From: Glaucostegus cemiculus
Taxonomy: Eukaryota
NCBI GenBank assembly: GCA_976551045.1
Contig: CDPCPM010000326.1
Coordinates: 248,001 to 312,000 of the forward strand
Reading direction: 5' to 3'
Length of the DNA: 64,000 nucleotides
Positions 51,120-64,000 of the stretch are shown here, piece by piece; positions within the stretch are counted from its first letter, which is position 1, and the number at the start of each line of letters is the position of its first letter. A model generated the notes under the pieces. It had not been told where the DNA came from. It ran no database searches and saw only the letters and a program-made list of their open reading frames with translations. Made by a program: the position numbers and the translations under genes.

Positions 51120-51229
51120 CTCATTTATGTTCCCAATTAGGCATTTCCACTGGCAGTAGAAGGTACTCCATATCTGGAAATAGTTGTGCTCCAAGCTGTT
51201 AACAGAATGAACACAACACAGCATTATGT

Positions 51230-52030
51230 AGCGGGGATGGTTGCTGACAATTGTACAACTCCTTAGAATGTGAAGCTAGTCAAAGACAACATTCAGGCAT
51301 GGAATGAAAAGAGGCAATTAATAATTAATCACATCACACAAGTGCCAGGCAATGATTCATCACCACAACAGATTCAAACCACCTACCCTTGGCATTCAAC
51401 AGCATTACCATTGCCAGGTCCACAATCAAACATCATTGTGTCACCCTTCTCCAGAAATTCAGCCTCACCAACTATAACAACACTGTGGCTGTAAGATCTG
51501 GTCAGAGGTTGAGTATTCTGCAGTGAGTGACTCACCTTGTGACGTCTCAAAGTCTTTCCATCAAATACAGAACACGTTGATGGTGTACCCACCCCCCCCA
51601 CCCCCATCTGGGTGAATGGAGCTCCGACAGGACGTTAGGAGTCAATCACACGGGACAGAGCAGGGCACCTGATCAGTGCCCCATCCACCAGCAACACTCC
51701 AGTGGTGGAGTGTGGACCATCTCTAAAATGCAGTGCAGTTACTCATCTAAGATACTTTGACACCATCCTCTACCACCAAGGAGGTCAGGATCAGTAGATG
51801 CATGGAACACCACCACCTGCAGGCTCCCCTCCAGGTCATCACCATCCTGGCTTGGAAATACATCACTGTCCCTCATCATTATTAAACCCCAGGCCGTCCA
51901 ATTCACAGCTTTGTGGGAGTGCACCACCGCACTGCCTGCAGCTTTCAAAAAGGTGTCTCGCACCCACTCAAGGTAGAGGGAAGGACAACAATGTTGGCCT
52001 TCCCTGTAACATTTGATCCCTGGAAATCAA
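51230..52030 (+). mobile_element. Old CR1-group LINE 3' part (family of 31620-33140)
   Basis: ggggatggttgctgacaattgtaca (degenerate MFADDCT) and a collinear 3' region. Confidence 0.65.
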
Positions 52031-52179
52031 TTTTAAAAACCTGTATCATTGAAATTGGCCTATCAACCACAGGTGCAAGTCCACTGAGCTATCTCTCACC
52101 CCCCCATCTCTTCTTCCTGACCTCCTCACGTGTTTACTCAGGAAGGAATTAATTGTTTACTAAGGAATCAATGTGGACT

Positions 52180-52838
52180 TTGGGAGAACACACACTGTTC
52201 CTCATTGAGGGATTAGCAGTGGAAAGGGTGAGCAGCTTCAAGTCCTTAGGCACCAACATCTCGGAGGATCTACCCTGGGCCCAACACATTGATGCAAACA
52301 CAAAGAAGGCGTGCCAGTGGCTCTGCTTCGTCAGGAGTTTGAGGAGATTTGGTATGTCGCCAAAGACTCTTGCAATTTTCTACAGGTGTACGATGGAGAA
52401 CATTCTGACTGGTCGCATCACAGCCTGGTATGGAGGCTCCAATGCACAGGAGACGGCAGAAGTTTGAAGACTCAGCCAGATCCATCATGGGCACAACCCT
52501 CCCCTCCATTGAGGCCATCTTCAAGAGGCGATGCCTCAAGAAGGTGACATCCATCACTAAGGAATCTCACCATCCAGGACACGCCCTCTTCTCATTACTA
52601 CCATTGGGGAGGTACAGGAGCCTGAAGACCCACACTCAATGATTCAGGAACAGCTTCTTCCCCTCCGCCATCAGATTTCTGAATGGTGCATGAACCCATG
52701 GACACTACTTCATTACACCACTTTTGCACTATTTTGTAATTTATACCGTAGTAAATTCATGTCTTTGCACTGTACTGCTGATACAAAACAACAAATTTCA
52801 CCTCATCTAAGTCAGTGAGAATAAATCTGATTCTGATT
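52180..52838 (+). mobile_element. Rex1/Babar-type LINE 3' fragment
   Basis: VERVSSFKSLGTNISEDLPW, KKACQWLCFVRSLRRFG, HPGHALFSLLP; tail aataaatctgattctgatt. Confidence 0.88.
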
Positions 52839-52930
52839 GTAATCACCTGGGAGTCTACTTCGAGGTTCTCAAACAGAGCGGCAAGCCCAGGACCCAGCTT
52901 TGCCTGAAACACATCACTACTGCTCCTCGC

Positions 52931-53730
52931 CTCAACCCCTCCCCGTGGGAGGGAGCTCCGCACCCCAACCCCTCCCCGTGGGAGGGAGCGCCACCTGCCA
53001 ACCCCTCCCTGTGGGAGGGAGCTCCACACCCCAACCCCTCCCCATGGGAGGGAGCGCCACCTGCCAACCCCTCCCTGTGGGAGGGAGCTCCACACCCCAA
53101 TCCCTCTCCATGGGAGGGAGCTCCGCACCCCAACCCCTCCCCGTGGGAGGGAGCTCCGCACCCCAACCCCTCCCCTTGGGAGGGAGCTCCGCACCCCAAC
53201 CCCTCCCCGTGGGAGGGAGCGCCACCTGCCAACCCCTCTCCATGGGAGAGAGCGCCACCTGCCAACCCCTCCCCGTGGGAGGGAGCTCCGCACCCCAACC
53301 CCTCCCAGTGGGAGGGAGCTCCGCACCCCAACCCCTCCCCATGGGAGGGAGCTCCGCACCCCAACCCCTCCCCGTGGGAGGGAGCGCCACCTGCCAACCC
53401 CTCTCCATGGGAGAGAGCGCCACCTGCCAACCCCTCCCCGTGGGAGAGAGCTCCGCACCCCAACCCCTCCCCGTGGGAGGGAGCTCCGCACCCCAACCCC
53501 TCCCCGTGGGAGGGAGCTCCGCACCCCAACCCCTCCCAGTGGGAGGGAGCTCCGCACCCCAACCCCTCCCCGTGGGAGGGAGCGCCACCTGCCAACCCCT
53601 CCCTGTGGGAGGGAGCTCCGCACCCCAACCCCTCCCCGTGGGAGGGAGCGCCACCTGCCAACCCCTCCCTGTGGGAGGGAGCTCCGCACCCCAACCCCTC
53701 TCCATGGGAGGGAGCTCCGCACCGCAACCA
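52931..53730. repeat. GC-rich minisatellite, 33-bp unit, about 24 copies, two unit types
   Basis: Type A gggagctccgcaccccaacccctccccgtggga, type B gggagcgccacctgccaacccctccctgtggga. Gives 11-aa periodicity in four listed ORFs. Confidence 0.97.
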
Positions 53731-56700
53731 TTCCCTGGTAAAGGGGTTTCTCCTGAATTCTGGGTAAGGTTTACTAGCAACTGTGTCAAATCAATGGCCT
53801 TCAGTTCTGCCTGCCTCAGAACTGGAAACACGAACCTCACATTAAATCAAACCCTTACATAATCTTCAATTACTTGCTTACCTCATGATTTCTTCTTACT
53901 GTTCGTGCACTAGAACATAGGTACATAGAACATAGATATCTGAAGTCAGAAAAATCACTCTAATCAGTTCCAACTGGACCAGTGCGTGGGCTTTGCTCTA
54001 TGAAATTGGGAGTTTCATCCCGCTCTGGTGAATGTGACAAAGGGATTAATGACTTGTTTCCTGCAATACTGATTCAGAGCAGAATTGAGCCCAGAGTCTA
54101 AATTCTAGGCTTGGCACTCTTCCACACTGGGGAGCTGCACTCAGATTTGGCGAGATCAACAACTGCCAGCCCAGCACATGAAGGGTGCTTCCTCCATTGC
54201 CCGAGAACCACATTCTTCATTCAGCCTACACACAACCTCTCTGCAGGGTGGGGACAGTAGACATGCCCAGCCACCCTCATGTCCCCACCACACCATGGAG
54301 TTCCCATGTGCCACAGCTATGCACCCTGTTTGAGAAGTTTCCAGGTGAGTAATTAGCTGGCTACTGGTCTCATTTGCTGTACGCCTTGGCAGGATGGGCA
54401 GAGTGGATCCCATTTGCTTCCTCTCCTGCTCCTGGATTTGCAGCTTTTAATCAGACACACTGCTCGATTTGTCCCGCTGCATTCTCACAAACACACTCTG
54501 CCTAGAGACAGAGAAATGTAGGCTTGATTTCAAAAAGATGTTATCATCCTAATAGTTTTTTGTTACTTAACAGGAATAAAGTACTTTGCCCAAGTGTGCC
54601 TCTTTGTTGGGTTTTGTCTCTCTTAATATATGTTATCTACTGAAAGCAGCTGAATTCTCTCAAAGTATTCCAGACAATTTAGAAAATTTTATTAGTAAGG
54701 CCACCAGGGATGGTGACCTGATAACCCTTCCCGCCCCTCATCTGTCTTCCTGAAGGCTGTGACAGGGATATGGTACAAAAGCTTTTCTGAACCACTAGTT
54801 CCTCCTCTTCTCTTGGGGATGTGGATATGCAATCACTTCCCCCTTCCAACCTCTACACAGTGAAATAAACAGGGAAAACCATGGGAGATAAGTTCACAGA
54901 AGTGAAAGACCATTTTCCTGCCCTGTGGCTGGTTTAAGAAGGGCAGGCAGTATATATTGTTGCAGGAAGGTGAAGATGGCACTGTGACATTTTATGTTGG
55001 GGTATTTTCTCACACTCACAACTTTGTTCTGCAAACAGGTTACACCCATTTAACTTCCCCTGAACACCCCTCCATTGGTGCTGCACTAATCCTTGGTGTA
55101 ATAATTCTACGGGGTCAATGCCTGACTGTTGTGAGGTGGCACTGATCCCCATGTATTCTACCCCTCGCACAATCCCAATGAAGCTCAAATGTGCATGACT
55201 GGGGCTGAACTGAGTTGAGGTGACCCATTTGATTTGCTTTGCCGCTCGATACACATGACTGAGTGCAATTTACAGATAGACACACACCTGCTGGCAAGTC
55301 AGAGTGAGTTGGAAGGCCAGTGACTGAATTTAGAATAGAGTGATAGAATTTCGAATCCAAGAGTTTAGCTGTCACTTAGCACATGGCAAGAAGCAAAGTC
55401 AAGCAACATATGACTTATGTTGTGTGTAAACCTGAGCTGATCCAAGACTCACACTCAGTCCAGTGCAGACAATGCTCGCTGTGCCAGGGATCCACACATC
55501 ACTGCCTTGTTTGTAAAATTCTCATCTTAGGTTACATTTCTCTTTCTTTCTCCTGGTGCCTTTGAACACTTATAAGGCAGAACTACATAGATTCTTTCTG
55601 AGCAAAGGAGTGTAAGTTAACAGGTGTGTGTGGTGTCGAAGATACATTCAGGTCAGCTATGATTTTACTGAATGACGGAACAACAATAAGGGCTGAGTGG
55701 CCATGGGGCAGTGACAAGAGACAGACTGAAATATTCAGAGCCCTTTTCAGCCTCCAGCCTATGAGCAGGTCTGAGCTGGAGCACTGGTGGAAGTGGCTGA
55801 GAGTGGATGTGCCCCTCACTGGGGAAAAGAGGAATGGAAAGATCAGCCCAGGTGGCTCCCAATGAGAGGTTCAGCTGAATGGAGTTGGGTTACATTGTTC
55901 TATAACCCTACTCCTTCTGGCAGCAAGGATACATCCTCCCGGAAAATCATACTCCACACAGGTGGCTACCCAATGCTTCTTCCTGCTTTATCTATAACTT
56001 TTCCTTTTTGGTAGATCCATTTCCTTCTTAGATCCACTTTCACTGCCCTTCTAGATCACAACAACTTGCCATATACAAAAGCAAAAATTCCTCATTTCCT
56101 TCCTTCTATCCATCATCTTCAGTCTGTGCCTCTGGTCTCTGAGCCTCCTTGTTCTCCTTTATCAACATTGTTCAGGTCCTTCAAATCCCCCTCTTCAGCT
56201 TCCCCAGTCCCTCCATGTCTGTGGTGTCCCTCATCCCAGGGAGCAGTCCAGCCTACCTCCCAATTACCCATTCTATGAACAGCATCTACACACTACAGCT
56301 GCCTCTGTGCAAGGCTTGGACACAAGGCATTCTACCTCATCATCTGGGTGGTCCTTGCTTCAACACCAGTCACCAGTCAGTTGTGGAATATCTGGTGCAT
56401 GTAGTGACTGGGACATTCTGCTGTTCTTCAGATTAATTCCCCAGCAGTTCTGTATCTTGAATGTTTCACAAAGTGCACAGAGGCTGAAGTGCGATTGGAT
56501 TGGCTCATTCCCTTACAGTGCTCATTGATTTTTTAAAAAAAAATCACCCATTTCAGTTCTATAAACTGTGTGTGAATTGATCTTGGTCTACGAGGTCCCC
56601 ACGTACTGTTTGATTCAACACTTCACTGCAATGTACACTATCAGCAGACATTGCTCAAGCCCCTGGTGTAGCTATCACAAGCTTTATATTGATTACTTCT

Positions 56701-57396
56701 TTCCCTTCACAACATAGCCTTCCAGTTGACAGTGATCAAAACTGCCTCATAATTCTACCAATTCAGCCACAGAAATCCAATAATAGATGGAAAAAAATCA
56801 TGTTTAGCAGTGGAGATGTAAGATATTAGTTTTTTTGATAATGTTCTTTCTGTGGAACACACAGCCTTGATCAGAATTCAGTGCAGAGATACCAGAAGGA
56901 TTCATTTGTTGGAGACTTTAATGTTTTCATGACCTTATCCAAGAGCCACATGCTTCTGGTGAAATTTCTTGCCATTTGTCGGTATTTAGGAATATCTCTT
57001 ATTCCTCAATGTATAAATTTTCCATTATGAATTTTCACGATAATGCCTTTGAGTTTTTGGGGCTTGTGACTTTGATGTACAATTTTTTCACTACAATGAA
57101 TAGCAGGCCACTTCACCCAGAGTAATACATTGTACCAAAATACCCAGAATCTAGTTCAGCCTTTTGATTTAACAAACTGTAATCCAGATTATAATCACAA
57201 TTTGAAAATTAAAAAAAATACCTGTGCCCATAATTCATTGTGTGTTTTAGCAGCCATGAGAGAGCAATTATCTTCATATAAAATTTTACCCATTTATGTC
57301 CTGCATGTTGCTAACAGCTGTCTTGTGACCAATGGCTTTCCGAATTACTGAACCAGATGTTGGTGGCCCTCAATGGAGAAACCATAATGGAAGAAC

Positions 57397-57592
57397 ATTG
57401 CAGATGCTTGAAATCTGAAATACAAGCAGAAAATGCTGGAAACACTCATCACATTTAGCAGGTTTTCAGTATCTGGAAACGGTTAAAGTCTCAAGTCTGA
57501 CACAGGATCTTCAACCCAGCCGTTCACTCTGTTTTATCTCTGGCAATGTTGCCTGACCTGCTGAGTGTTTCCAGCATTTTCTGTTTGTATAA
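57397..57592. mobile_element. Penelope-like termini in inverted arrangement
   Basis: 29-bp inverted repeat, 57420-57448 versus 57562-57590, with 1 mismatch. Confidence 0.65.
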
Positions 57593-57609
57593 ACAGTTAA
57601 TTTTATCTC

Positions 57610-57692
57610 AAACTCCTTATAAACAGCGGCCGGAATTGAACCCAAGTTGCTTGCACTGTAAAGTGTTATGCTAACTGCTGTACTACCGTGCC
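57610..57692 (-). mobile_element. V-SINE tRNA-derived head fragment
   Basis: Matches 40935-41017 (caaactcctta...ttgaaccca...ctaccgtgcc). Confidence 0.75.
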
Positions 57693-58009
57693 TGGAAGAA
57701 CTCACATCCTGGAGTTAGTGGGTGTGAGTGCGACTCCTGGGGGTTCAGCATGTAACCAGTGTAGAACTTCAGAGGACCAAGGGCAGCTCCCCCTGAGGTA
57801 TGCCTTGCCAATGATGCAGTAAACCTCTCCACAGAACAGAAAAGGTCCTGAAGCCACTGTTCAAACACAAGACCTGTGAACAATCAACAATAGGCCCTTA
57901 ACCTGCTCCAGTGTAAAGAGATTATTTGGTATAATCTTTCCCCTGCTGAGGCGAGCCACTCAGGACTGAAATGAGAAGAAACTTCTTTACTGAGGAGGTG
58001 ATGATTCAG

Positions 58010-58300
58010 AGGTCGGTATGGTAGTTAGTACCGATGACTCACAGCTCCAGGGGCTTGGGTCCCGTCCTGAGCATTGGTCTCTGTACTGAACTTGCATGTT
58101 GTGTTCATGACAGCACCCATTTCCACAGTCCAAACTTGTGCTGGAGATTAACTGTCACTGTAAATGACCCCTAGTGTAGGTTAGTGGTAGAAAGAATCAA
58201 AACAGAAGCAGGCGGACGTGTGCAAGAGAGTGGGGATGGAACTGATGGGATTGTTCCCACAGATGCCGACATGGACCTGATGGACTTAATAGCCTCCTGT
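58010..58300 (+). mobile_element. V-SINE (HE1-like), decayed
   Basis: tagttagtaccgatgactcacagctccagggg...cactgtaaatgacccctagtgtagg. Confidence 0.6.
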
Positions 58301-58934
58301 ATTGTTGGAAGTTTAAGAATCTTTGCAATTCTCCACCCAAGAAGGCTGTGGTGGCTCAGTCAGTGAATATATTCAAACAGAGTTTGCTAGGTTTTAGATA
58401 TTAAGGGTATCAAGGGATAAGCGGAGAGTGCAAGGAAAAGATCACTCATCATTTCATTGAATCAGACAGTGGAGGGTGGGTCCAAATGGTTTTATCCCAC
58501 TCCTGTTTCCTGTACTTTGATGTTTGAAGGCTGATGGGAATGCAGCATTCCAAATGTAAAATGGGATGGGTAATGTTTATGCCAACACTTGTAGAGCAAT
58601 GCTGAGCAGGAGCTGCCCTTGCCTTGGACATAGTCTTTCAGAAGTCTCAATAAACCAAATACTTGCTAAATGTCAGACAAGTGTATACTATACTGTGTGT
58701 TGTTTAATGAACAGCAGGTGCAATCCCCTGGTGTAGCAGTCAATATTCAGTCAATATCACTAAAATAGGTTAACTGGCAGAATTAATAAGTTTACTAGAC
58801 TAGAGTCCAAATGCCTGAACAAAACGTCTGGAAACTTTTCAAATCCCATTAAGCTGAATAGTTTATATTCAATTAGTAATCTGGAATAAGAAGACAGTAT
58901 CAGCAGCAGTAGACATAAAACTATGGATTGTAGG

Positions 58935-59275
58935 ATGAGATAGAAATGTCATGGAGTGATACAGCCCAGGACAGGCACCATCAGCCCCTGTCCACACTGA
59001 CCATTTTGTTCTGCACTAATCTCATTTTATTCTCCTGTCTACCAAATCACCCAGATCTACCGCTCACCCACACACTAGAGGCAATTTACAGTAGGCAGTT
59101 AACCTATCAATCTGAACCTCTTTGGGATATGGGAGGAAGCTGGAGCACCCTGGGGAAAACTCACAGTCACAGGGGAACATGCAACCTCCACGCAGACAAC
59201 GCCTGAGGTCAAGATTGAACCAGGGTTACTGGAGCTGTGAGGCAGCAGCTCTACTAGCTGTTCCAGTGTGCTGTC
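58935..59275 (-). mobile_element. V-SINE (HE1-like)
   Basis: tctttgggatatgggaggaagctggagcaccc...gaggtcaagattgaaccaggg..ggagctgtgaggcagcag. Confidence 0.78.
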
Positions 59276-61549
59276 TTCCTGCATCCCATGACTACTTTGA
59301 TCAGACTGTTCCCACTCACCCGTGGCTGCTCTGCCTCATTCTCTGCTCCATTCCCCTGAGATTCCACACTCTGTTGTCCATTTCCCAACTTCACCATGTC
59401 TGTTCATTGTCTCGTCTTCACTGATCTTGGTTTGAGATAATCTGCTATTTTAAAGTTATCAGTCTTGTTTTCACACCCTCAAGGTCTGATCTACCCATAC
59501 CTCTGACTTGCTGTAGCTTTAGAACCATTCAAATATCTGGACTCCTCCATTTCTGGCCTCTTGATGATCAGACCAGGAATACTTTACAACAAAAGTGTAA
59601 TTCAAAACGTTCCCATATGGAACTCTGCAAGGACAGGAGCCTTTAAAGTCATAAATGTTGATATTTCTTTCTCACTGATGGCTACAGAGAACAACTCCAA
59701 GTAAGCTGAACATATTTGGAAGTGATAAATATGGTAAATCCAATTTCTACTGAGTTTAAGAATGTGGGCCTTGATGTAAAGAGTAAAGGTGCATTTCAAG
59801 GACACCTGAAAAAACACAGGAGGGAAAAGGTGGATAGGGTGGTGGAAGGGGAGTGGGTGCTGGTTCACAGGGACCATAAACACTGGCATTGAATCAATGG
59901 GTTGATGTTCTCTCTCTGAGCTGTCAGTGGCTCTTCTGGAGAACACTACAGATGACTCAATCCATTGTTCTCCTGGATGCTGTAAGGCTGATCTGATTAC
60001 AGCCTTCATCTCTGCATTCTCTTGTGATTGCGATAACCTTGCATGTCCTTGCTGATCAAGAATCTCTCTACCCCTGCCATAAAAATATTCAAAGACCCTG
60101 CTTCCACTGCCCTTAGAAGAGAATTCCAAAGACTCACTACACTCTGAGAAACTATTTATTTGCCTCATGTGGTAGATCCTTGATTCTAAACCCAACAAAA
60201 CATCTTCACATTCAACCTGTCAAGACCCCTCAGGATCTTATTTTTCAGTCGCGTTCCCTTTCACTCTCTTAAACTCTATGGATACAAATTTAGCCTCTCT
60301 ATCCTTTCCTCATCTGGCAAAAGCTAATTCCATTGCAGTAAACATTCTCTGAACTGGTTGTTGTAACATTTCCAGTTCTGAAAGGAATTAGTATCTGGGA
60401 GATCAGGGTGGGTGCTTGCGTGTAACAGCTCTGCTGCCAGCCTTGAAGCTGGGTCTGTTCATTCCATTAAAAACAACATCAGTACTGACAGAGTATTCAC
60501 AATAGTTCTCCGAAACCTTCACAAAACCACCTCTATCAATAAGCAGTGTAACCAGACAAGGGAGTAGAAATTTGTCCTTGGTTCATGGTGCTGAAATGGA
60601 GTATTAAAGCAGCTCCCTTCATACTTTCAAAATTCAGTTCTCTCTGGAATCACAGCACGGAACACATGGAGTCAGGAACGTGTACCTGTGACATTTTGCA
60701 TGTTTAGTTCCAACAACCTAAGATGTATACCTCCACCCTGAATGTTGAGCTTGTCAGTTTGAAAAAGGCATTCAGGTTAATTGGAGTTCCCAGTGAAGGC
60801 TAAATCATTGATGAAATTAAGCACCTCATCAGATTTTGGGATTAGCGGTGAAGGAATGAGTCTCAACACTTATCACACTTGCAGCTGCCCACACTTTCCA
60901 TGGGCCTTTAATATGCAGCTTAAGCCACTTAGACATCCTTTGCAGCATGAGATCTGTGCCTAAAGTGATTGTGGCAATCCAAGGGTTTTGCAATCACCAA
61001 TACCAACTATGCTTTAATTCTATATTTTAGCTGAATTTAAATTTCTCAGCCAACATGGTGGGACCTGAACTCATGTGTCCTGATCTTTAGTTCAAAGCTT
61101 GGGGTTGCTCGGTCACTAACAGTCCAGCTTGATGAAGCCAAAGCTATGGGTCAAGCAGTCAGGTCACACCACCTGGTGTGCAATGTTGCTTTACTTTTGG
61201 TACAAGCCTCTCACGCCAGCTCCATCTGTTTACATTACAAAGATGAGCACACTTCGAGCAACTAGAAGATTTCTTCTCCTGCTAGTTGAAGAATGTTTAA
61301 TTATTTGCAGGTGAGCAGAGTCTTCTGAAAGGTGAACAAAGTGTGGTCCTACCATAAACCATTCATAGACCTCAGTCGTTTGTGACCTCTCCATTCCCAA
61401 ACCTGAACCAGTATCACGTCACGATCAAGTACACACACAGTCTGCAAACCATCTGGAAGTGTCAAGGATGAAATCCCCAGAGGAGGTGCTTGAGCTGCCC
61501 ACAGCTGGAACGTTGGGGAGGTTGGGACCCAGTCAGTGTTAGAAATAAA

Positions 61550-61755
61550 ATAAAGACTTGCATTTCTTTAACAACTTTCCCATCCACTGCAGAACATCCC
61601 ATAGTGCTTTACAGCCAATGAGGTTGCTTGAAGTGCTACATTGGGCAGTGAGGAGCTGCTAGTGAGGGGAATGAGGATGCTGCTGTTGTAATGTAAGAAA
61701 TTCAACAGATAACCTGTAGCTTCCAAATACAGAAATGGTATGATGACCAGCTCAT
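61550..61755 (-). mobile_element. Deu-domain SINE 3' fragment
   Basis: aaagacttgcattt...catcccatagtgctttacagccaatgagg..cttgaagtg. Confidence 0.6.
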
Positions 61756-63024
61756 TCACAGAGTTCTAGAGTCGCAGAGCACAGAAGCTGCTCTCTCGGC
61801 CACTGAGTCAGCGCCAACAACCCCCATTAACACTAATTGCATACTAAACCCATTTTACAGCGTTCTCCCCACATTCCCACTAACTCCCCACATTCCACCA
61901 CTCACCCATATTAAATCAGCCAATTACCTTACTAATCCATCTGACTTTGGGATGTGGGAGGAACTGAAGTAAAAGAACATTGGACCAGGAGTATGCCACA
62001 GCCTCCCTTCAACAGCTGGACCCCGTACTTCACTTTCTGTTTCAACCCACCTTTTAACTTTGTGACAAAAGTATCACCATCTGAAAGGGATGTGATCAAT
62101 ATTTTTAAAAATGTAATTCTTTCTCTCTCCCCACCCCACCTCCCCACAATTCTGCTTGGCATTGTGCAGGACTTCTCAGCTCACAGTCTTGTGAGCTCAG
62201 CAGTAAAATCATGAACTTTCCAAGATTATGCAATCACGCCTCATCGTTGATATTCCGTGGACTCCTGTGGAAAATGGCTCTGGATCAAGGGACCAGTGAG
62301 GAACAGCTCTGTGCCATTAATTATACACCGACAGGAGATGCTGTTCTTGCTTTTCAAATCGTTTCCAGTCCTCTTGCAAATGTTTTCTAGTCACTGACCT
62401 TCAGTTGCCCATTGTAGAAAAGCACTCAAATCTTTTCTTTCCAATATCTTTTCAGCATTTGTTGATTGGCAGTCTCACATTATCAATACCCTGAGCACGA
62501 TTCAAATACACTTTCTTCATTGGAACACTCTGTCACTGCACTCAGTGATCAAAACCATGTCTTCTACAGACTCAATACCACCTTCCTGTTTTTTATAATC
62601 ATTGCCCCTTGGTCTAAAATTCAGAATCCACTTTCCCATTTTGGTGAGATTTTGACCAATATTGATTCAATTTCCTTCATCTCATGTTGAAGTTTTTCAC
62701 TTGCTGGTTACAGGGAAAAGACTATCCTGCTGGAATGGAAATGATTGGCTAATTCCCCTGACAACCACTTCTGGAGACTATACAGTTGAAAGTGACACTT
62801 GGCCTGGTCTTACATTAATCATTTCCTATGTTACTACCTTAAACTCATCACATCTGCCTTGATAATAATCCTGCCTTTACCAGGAGCAGTTGCTATAGTT
62901 TTGATAACGAGTCTTGTTCTCTAACTGCCTACAGACTTTTTAAATAGTTCTGTTTGAGGATTAAATAGACTGCCCGCTAATTCTTAAGTAAATATTGTAT
63001 TTTGTGTGTTCTGACATCAGGAAT

Positions 63025-63570
63025 GTAGAACTTGAAGACAGAATACAAGGTTAATGGTAGGATTCTTAGCAGTGTGAAGGAACAGAGGGATCCTGGGGTC
63101 CAAGTCCATAGATCCCTCAAAGTTGCCACGCATATTGATAGAGTTGTTAAGAAGGTGTATGGAGTGTTGGCCTTCACTAGTCGGGGGATTGTTTTCAAGA
63201 GCTGCCACGTAATGTTCCAGCTCTATAAAACCCTGGCTAGGCCATATTTAAAATATTGTGTTCAGTTCTGGGGTGGAAATGGCTAACACAAAGGGTCATA
63301 ATTTTAAGGTGATTGGAGGGAGGAATTGGGAGGATATAAGAGTCAAGTTCTTTACATAGAGAATGGTGGGTGCATGGAACGCACTGCCAGGGGTGCTGGT
63401 AGAGGCAGATACATTAGGGATATTTAAGAGATTCTTAGATAGGAACATGGTTGATAGTAAAATGGAGGAGTATGTGGGAGGGAAGGATTAGGTTGATCTT
63501 AGAGTTGGTTAAAAGGTTGGCACAACGTTGTGGGCCGAAGGGCCTGTACTGTGCTATAGTGTTCTATGTT
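63025..63570 (+). mobile_element. CR1 LINE 3' fragment with internal deletion
   Basis: YKVNGRILSSVKEQRDPGVQVHRSLKV..LYKTLARPYLKYCVQFW, jumping directly to the 3' region; ttctatgtt tail. Confidence 0.9.
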
Positions 63571-64000
63571 AACCCATTCAGTTGACTCAGAAGTATCGAT
63601 AGATGCTGTAGCCACAGAATCAGATCACATAGTACCTGTTTTTCAGGAGCTGTGAGGTCCAATTTTGATTTTTTTTGGAGTAGATTATTTTAGAACATAG
63701 AATGTAGAACACTACAGCACAGTACAGCCCTTCGGCCCACAATGTTGTGCAGACATTTTGGAGAACATCTGAGTGAAATTGTACAAATGAAAATTAGAAA
63801 TGGCCACACCTCTGTGCTATATCCTGCTATCAGGCACACACCAAATGACACCATTATTCACACAGAGCACATTTTCATCAAACCAACATAAAATGGGGTG
63901 GAGGGTCCCACACTGCGGTGTCATGGAACAAGCTCAGTGTAGTTAGGAACGTATTGCTCATTTGTTGCTTTTTTCACCATTTAAAGAGAGACCTGCTCCT

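Noticed and set aside
52757-53862. Four long ORFs (290-324 aa) as genes
   Set aside because: Openness follows from a stop-free 33-bp unit. The ORFs overlap on both strands, one runs into a LINE tail, and there is no splice or domain support.
59602-60198. 198-aa minus-strand ORF
   Set aside because: Begins in a decayed CR1 3' UTR, has a non-ATG start, and has no protein-like motif.

Overview
Repeat-rich vertebrate genomic DNA with one 151-N gap (25197-25347). The repeat families (CR1/HER1-type LINEs with (TTCTATG)n tails, Rex1/Babar-type LINEs, V-SINEs, Deu-domain SINEs, Penelope-like termini) point to a cartilaginous fish (shark/ray); this is an inference from remembered repeat motifs, not a database result. 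Almost all listed ORFs are retroelement fragments, tandem-repeat read-through or noise. No rRNA, tRNA gene or CRISPR array was seen. Features not explained by the ORF track: (1) a candidate spliced minus-strand gene over about 0.6-17.9 kb, with four consecutive phase-2 introns and a 15-nt microexon, encoding an unrecognised protein of about 160 aa; (2) an internally deleted Gypsy element with LTR, tRNA-Leu PBS and a ZNF143-type motif; (3) a fold-back rearranged LINE tail at 34.4-34.9 kb; (4) an 8 x 62-bp minisatellite grown out of a Deu-SINE; (5) a 33-bp GC-rich minisatellite with no stop codon in any frame and a mirror-symmetric order of unit types. All coordinates were read by hand, and ends of decayed repeats are approximate.
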